In this document: positions 62,691 through 64,000 of the stretch, piece after piece | Layout of the letters: the number at the start of each line of letters is the position of its first letter | Position numbering within the stretch: the stretch's first letter is position 1 | Assembly: GCA_048593225.1 (NCBI GenBank) | Contig: CM109175.1 | Span: 261,543,655 to 261,607,654, forward strand | DNA from: Sarcophilus harrisii | Lineage: Eukaryota | DNA length: 64,000 nucleotides | Direction: 5' to 3' | Made by a program: the position numbers and the translations under genes | Notes under the pieces: generated by a model | What the model was told of the DNA's origin: nothing | The model's input: only the letters and a program-made list of their open reading frames with translations | Databases searched by the model: none

Positions 62691-63828
62691 AAATTGAGCC
62701 GCCTGCTTACAGGACCCTGTCAGTAGGACATGTTCCTGTAGCTCCCATAGGACTCTGTTAGATGGTGAGGTCTCTTGCAGGGCGCAAGACACGCCTGTTT
62801 GCCACTGGAAACCAAACATGATTTTTGGCAACGTTTATGAGTTTCTATCAAAAAATGCAATCACTTTATTTCAGTCTGTGATTGCAACTAGAGATGGGAA
62901 TGGGAATGGGGTGCCTTGTCTAATTTGGATTGCCATATAAAAACTAAGAACTAGGTGTAAGACTCGTGGGGTAAAATATTCAACCCTGTCAGTCAAAAAC
63001 CAGTAACTCTGCTTTCAATTCTACTGAATATCTGTGTGGTCTCTGTATTTATGTGTGTCTCCTGGATAAAGCTTAGTTTCTTCATGATAGTTTGCTATAT
63101 GGAGAAGGGGAGAGAACAAGCACTTATTAAAAGCAAGCTAAGTGCCTGACACTTCAAAATTTGTCACAGCAACCCAGAAGTAGGTGCTGTTATTGCTTTC
63201 ATTTTAGAATGAGGAAACGGAGGCAGAAGATAAGTAAGTGACCAAGTAACTGTCAGAGGCAGGAGATGAACTCGGGTCTTCCAATTGTGTCATCCAGCCA
63301 CTCAATAAAGAGAGAAAATGCTGGATTTGCTGTCAGAGTACCTGGGTTGGAGTTCCACATTTGCTACTTTCTACTTGTGTGGCCTTGGACAAATTCTTTA
63401 ACCTGTCTGGGACTTAGTTTCCTTATTTAAAAAATTGGGTATTAATGAAAATTAGATAGTTCCTAAGATTCTAAATCTATTTTTCTATTTTCACTGGCCA
63501 GCAAAAATGGAAGCTGAGGTCTTTTAATCCAATATTTTATAGATAAAGAGACTGTAAAAGAGACATTAAAAAATACATGTCTAATTAGTGACAAAACCCA
63601 ATCTTTCATCTTTTAGTTTAATGTGCTTTTCATTTTAAAACTTGGTTAAGGATCTGTCTGTCGACAGAGGAAACTCGATGTTGACTGTTCCAAAAGTGCC
63701 AAGTGGGCTTGTTAGTCTGATTTATTCTTCCATTTTCCTGAGTAAAGTTTAACTGCATATTTTATTTGATTCCTCCTTAGAATTTCCTTCAGCATTTTGG
63801 AGCCTGAAAGAATTGTTACTACTGAAAT

Positions 63829-64000
63829 ATGTCTATATGTGAAGACATGTTGCTCTGTAATTATCGAAAGTGTCGAATCAGGCTCTCTGGCTATGCATGG
63901 GTAACTGCTTGCTCACACATCTTCTGTGACCAGCATGGCAGTGGTGAGTTCAGTCGGTCTCCAGCTGTCTGCCCTGCCTGCAACAGTACCCTTTCTGGTA
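63829..64000 (+). CDS. CCNB1IP1: CCNB1IP1 (HEI10) E3 ubiquitin ligase, first coding exon (N-terminal RING); exon begins at acceptor 63781, CDS continues beyond window or splices at 63997|GT
   Basis: MSICEDMLLCNYRKCRIRLSGYAWVTACSHIFCDQHGSGEFSRSPAVCPACNSTLSG versus human HEI10 MSLCEDMLLCNYRKCRIKLSGYAWVTACSHIFCDQHGSGEFSRSPAICPACNSTLSGK (~95% identity). Acceptor tttgattcctccttag| at 63780. Confidence 0.85.
   Translation, partial: MSICEDMLLCNYRKCRIRLSGYAWVTACSHIFCDQHGSGEFSRSPAVCPACNSTLSG

Overview
AT-rich marsupial genomic DNA. The species class is inferred from MAR1/SINE1-type SINEs, MIR copies and marsupial-style L1 3' ends. Three things stand out. (1) A 10-exon gene on the + strand (CDS 8710..27976, 4068 nt, 1355 codons) with fully consistent splice phases. 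It encodes a PARP14-like protein: KH-like repeats, a WWE domain and a mono-ART PARP catalytic domain with an H-Y-L triad. It appears to lack the macrodomain exons that sit between the KH-like region and WWE in PARP14. Two ISRE-like elements lie just upstream. (2) A repeat-rich intergenic stretch. It has a degraded gamma-like ERV (pol fragments between ~300-bp direct repeats, with a nested SINE). It also has many 5'-truncated L1 3' ends, several with intact target-site duplications, and a cluster of mutually inverted L1 fragments. (3) Upstream of the CCNB1IP1 (HEI10) CpG-island promoter and its first coding exon (63829..64000, ~95% identical to human HEI10 N-terminus) is a snoRNA-host-like + strand region. 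It shows a CCAAT box, a 5'TOP-like pyrimidine tract, and short non-coding exons. Two paralogous C/D-box snoRNA-like elements (52283..52355 and 57103..57177) sit in separate introns, each exactly 93 nt upstream of a strong 3' splice site. Their guide region is complementary to the conserved 28S rRNA sequence UUGAAACACGGAC. No prokaryote-style systems apply here. All coordinates come from manual reading and may be off by a few bases.
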